The notes under the pieces: generated by a model
Told to the model about the DNA's origin: nothing
Databases searched by the model: none
The model's input: only the letters and a program-made list of their open reading frames with translations
Shown: in pieces, positions 61,916-64,000 of the stretch
Layout: each line of letters opens with the position of its first letter
Numbering within the stretch: the first letter of the stretch is position 1
Program-made: the position numbers and the translations under genes
DNA from: Mobula hypostoma
Taxonomy: Eukaryota
NCBI RefSeq assembly: GCF_963921235.1
Contig: NC_086097.1
Location: 215,204,001-215,268,000 of the forward strand
Direction: 5' to 3'
DNA: 64,000 nucleotides

Positions 61916-63514
61916 TTGCAAAAGGCACATAGATAGGGTAGGCTGCAGAAAACCTGTTCACCCATCTGAGGTAGATAAATTTCGAGGACATAGGAGTAGG
62001 GTAAGAGAAAGGAGGGGATATGAGGGTGATCCTCTTCCTCAGAGGAGAAGGATTGGAGGGGACTGAGGAAAACATTTTCTGCAGCACAGTCTGCAACGAT
62101 GGTAGAATTGATGTCCTCGTCATATTTAAGCATATTTGGGTTGTACTTGAGGAGTTGTGACTTGCAGGGACACATGTATGGTGCTAGAAGGTGTGATTTG
62201 ACTGGGAGCTCTTTCTTCAAACTGCAAAGGGGTAAGGGCTAACAAACTCATGTCATTAGTGTTCAGTCACCCTGTGGGTTGACCTCTGCTGTTCACATTG
62301 CTGTCTATGACACGATAGATGCCCATGGGTTGCAGCTGCAGATGTGAATTACCAGAATCCATAATGGCCTTTCTTCCACTCCCCCCACAAGTTCCTTTGC
62401 CACACTTCGTCAAGCAATCATACACCATTTGAAGGTTTCCCCAGTGACCCCCATCATTTCTCAGAGGATCTCAGGACTGAGTGGGTAGAGCACAGAGTGA
62501 GGTCAGTACAGGCTCTGTGCTAAAGTAATCCAGCTAATGCCAAACCTCGTGCATAGTCCTGAAAATTCCTTCTTTTCAGATAGTAATCTGACTGTCTTTT
62601 GAACACTACAATTTAAACAGCTAAACCACAATCACTGGTTTAGAGAGTCTGGAAAGTCGCAGCAGGCTAGATAGCACTCTGCTAATGCCTCAGATCTCTC
62701 CATCTTTCTTGTCACAGAAGCCATCCAACTTTCTGATCTAATTTTCTTGAAGCCAGCACAGGTCAGGAGATGACAATAATGAAGAAGGAGCTATACGCAT
62801 ACAGTATGTGCCTAAGACTGTTGCACAGTACTATAGGTGATGGCATGAAACATGAGCAGCTCACTAAACCTTGAGCTGATACATATAGAAGATTAATCAA
62901 ATCCAGTGACCCCACCATGTTCTTGGCTACAGGAATGGGTTGTTCACTGATTCAACACTCTTGAGATTAAATAGCTGCACAGCGGACTTCATTGATCCTT
63001 CAAGCAAACAAATTGTTTTTCCATTTGCAGGTGAGTAGTTGGTTATTTTTGATTTATTTAACCAGGTCACTTCTGATGCCTAATCATTACTGGACATTTG
63101 AGTGTCAGGTGATATTCCTTAAGGTCAGTTTGAACGTTGAAGTGAATTGCCAATGGTCAACTTGTAGGAAATCCAGGGAGGTGTAGCTGAGAAATTGGGC
63201 ACCTTAGATCCTTTCTATTCACTCCAGTAAGTGATGGCCTCATATTTTTAGGATGACTTGCAGATTACTAGATATTGCATGCACATGCTGTAAATCTGTA
63301 AAGCTGGGAGCTGACGATTTGCTACCAGCGCACCAAACTAAGCTTTGTCATTAGGCTGCGTTGTGTTACGCAAATGTGGAGAATATATACATAGTGTTTA
63401 TCAGCAGGACAGTTTGGGGGATTTTCAATGATTTTCACATTTCTTGGAGTCATGTTGGTTGTGATAATAAAATTTCAGGCTACATCACACTCAGATAGTG
63501 ACACAGAAACAAAT

Positions 63515-63852
63515 GAAAACAAAAAGTACAGGAAGCACTCGGAAGGTCAGACAGTACCTGTGGAAAGAAACTCAGAAAAAGCATTTTATGTTAGAGACCA
63601 TTTGGCAGAACTGGGAAAGGGAGATAAAATATCATATTTTTAAATTGCAGAGAAGATGGTGGGAGGGAGAGAAAGGACGAAGGGAGAATCTTTGCTGGGT
63701 AAGACCATGTCAAATGGATTAAATCAGAAGGATTTCGGCCCAAAACGTAAAGTGTACTTTTTTCCATAGATGCTATCTGGCCTTTTGAGTTCCTCCAGCA
63801 CTTTGTGTGCGTTGCTGGGATTTCCAGCACCTGCAGAGTTTCTCTTGTTTGT
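63515..63852. mobile_element. Inverted pair of PLE terminal fragments, strongly diverged
   Basis: Minus arm 63515-63615; plus arm gaaggatttcggcccaaaacgt..gatgct..gagttcctccagca..ccagcacctgcaga. Confidence 0.6.
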
Positions 63853-63867
63853 AAATGGGAACAATTA

Positions 63868-64000
63868 GAATCTTAGAACATAGAACACAGAACATTACAG
63901 CACAGTACAGGCCCTTCAACCCACAATGTTGCGCGGACCTTTTAACCTAATCCAAGATCAATCCAACCATTTGCTCCTACATAGCTCTATATCATTCAAG
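63868..64000 (-). mobile_element. CR1 3' UTR/tail at the window end
   Basis: (tagaaca) tail and acagcacagtacaggcccttc. Confidence 0.8.

Overview
Vertebrate genomic DNA made almost entirely of transposon debris, with no recognisable host gene. The repeat mix (several CR1 LINE subfamilies, Rex1/Babar LINEs, V-SINE-like elements, Penelope-like elements, solo LTRs) suggests a cartilaginous fish, probably a ray; this is inference. All long ORFs are retroelement proteins or their antisense shadows. Highlights: (1) A Penelope-like (PLE) system. It comprises a 2.1-kb inverted repeat at 34416-36529 carrying two GIY-YIG remnants and two minimal type-I hammerhead ribozymes, short head-to-head ribozyme palindromes, and a 101-bp ribozyme-bearing insertion with a 9-bp target-site duplication (TSD). 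(2) A nearly intact full-length CR1 (26988-31112) whose ORF2 carries a 76-bp antisense patch from another CR1 family that keeps the frame and adds one stop. (3) An LTR expanded by a 68-bp array whose hairpin shows compensatory changes. (4) A twin-priming-type inversion in a Rex1 copy. (5) Two deep nests of insertions. Families were assigned by eye from protein motifs and within-window comparisons. Boundaries of old copies are approximate.
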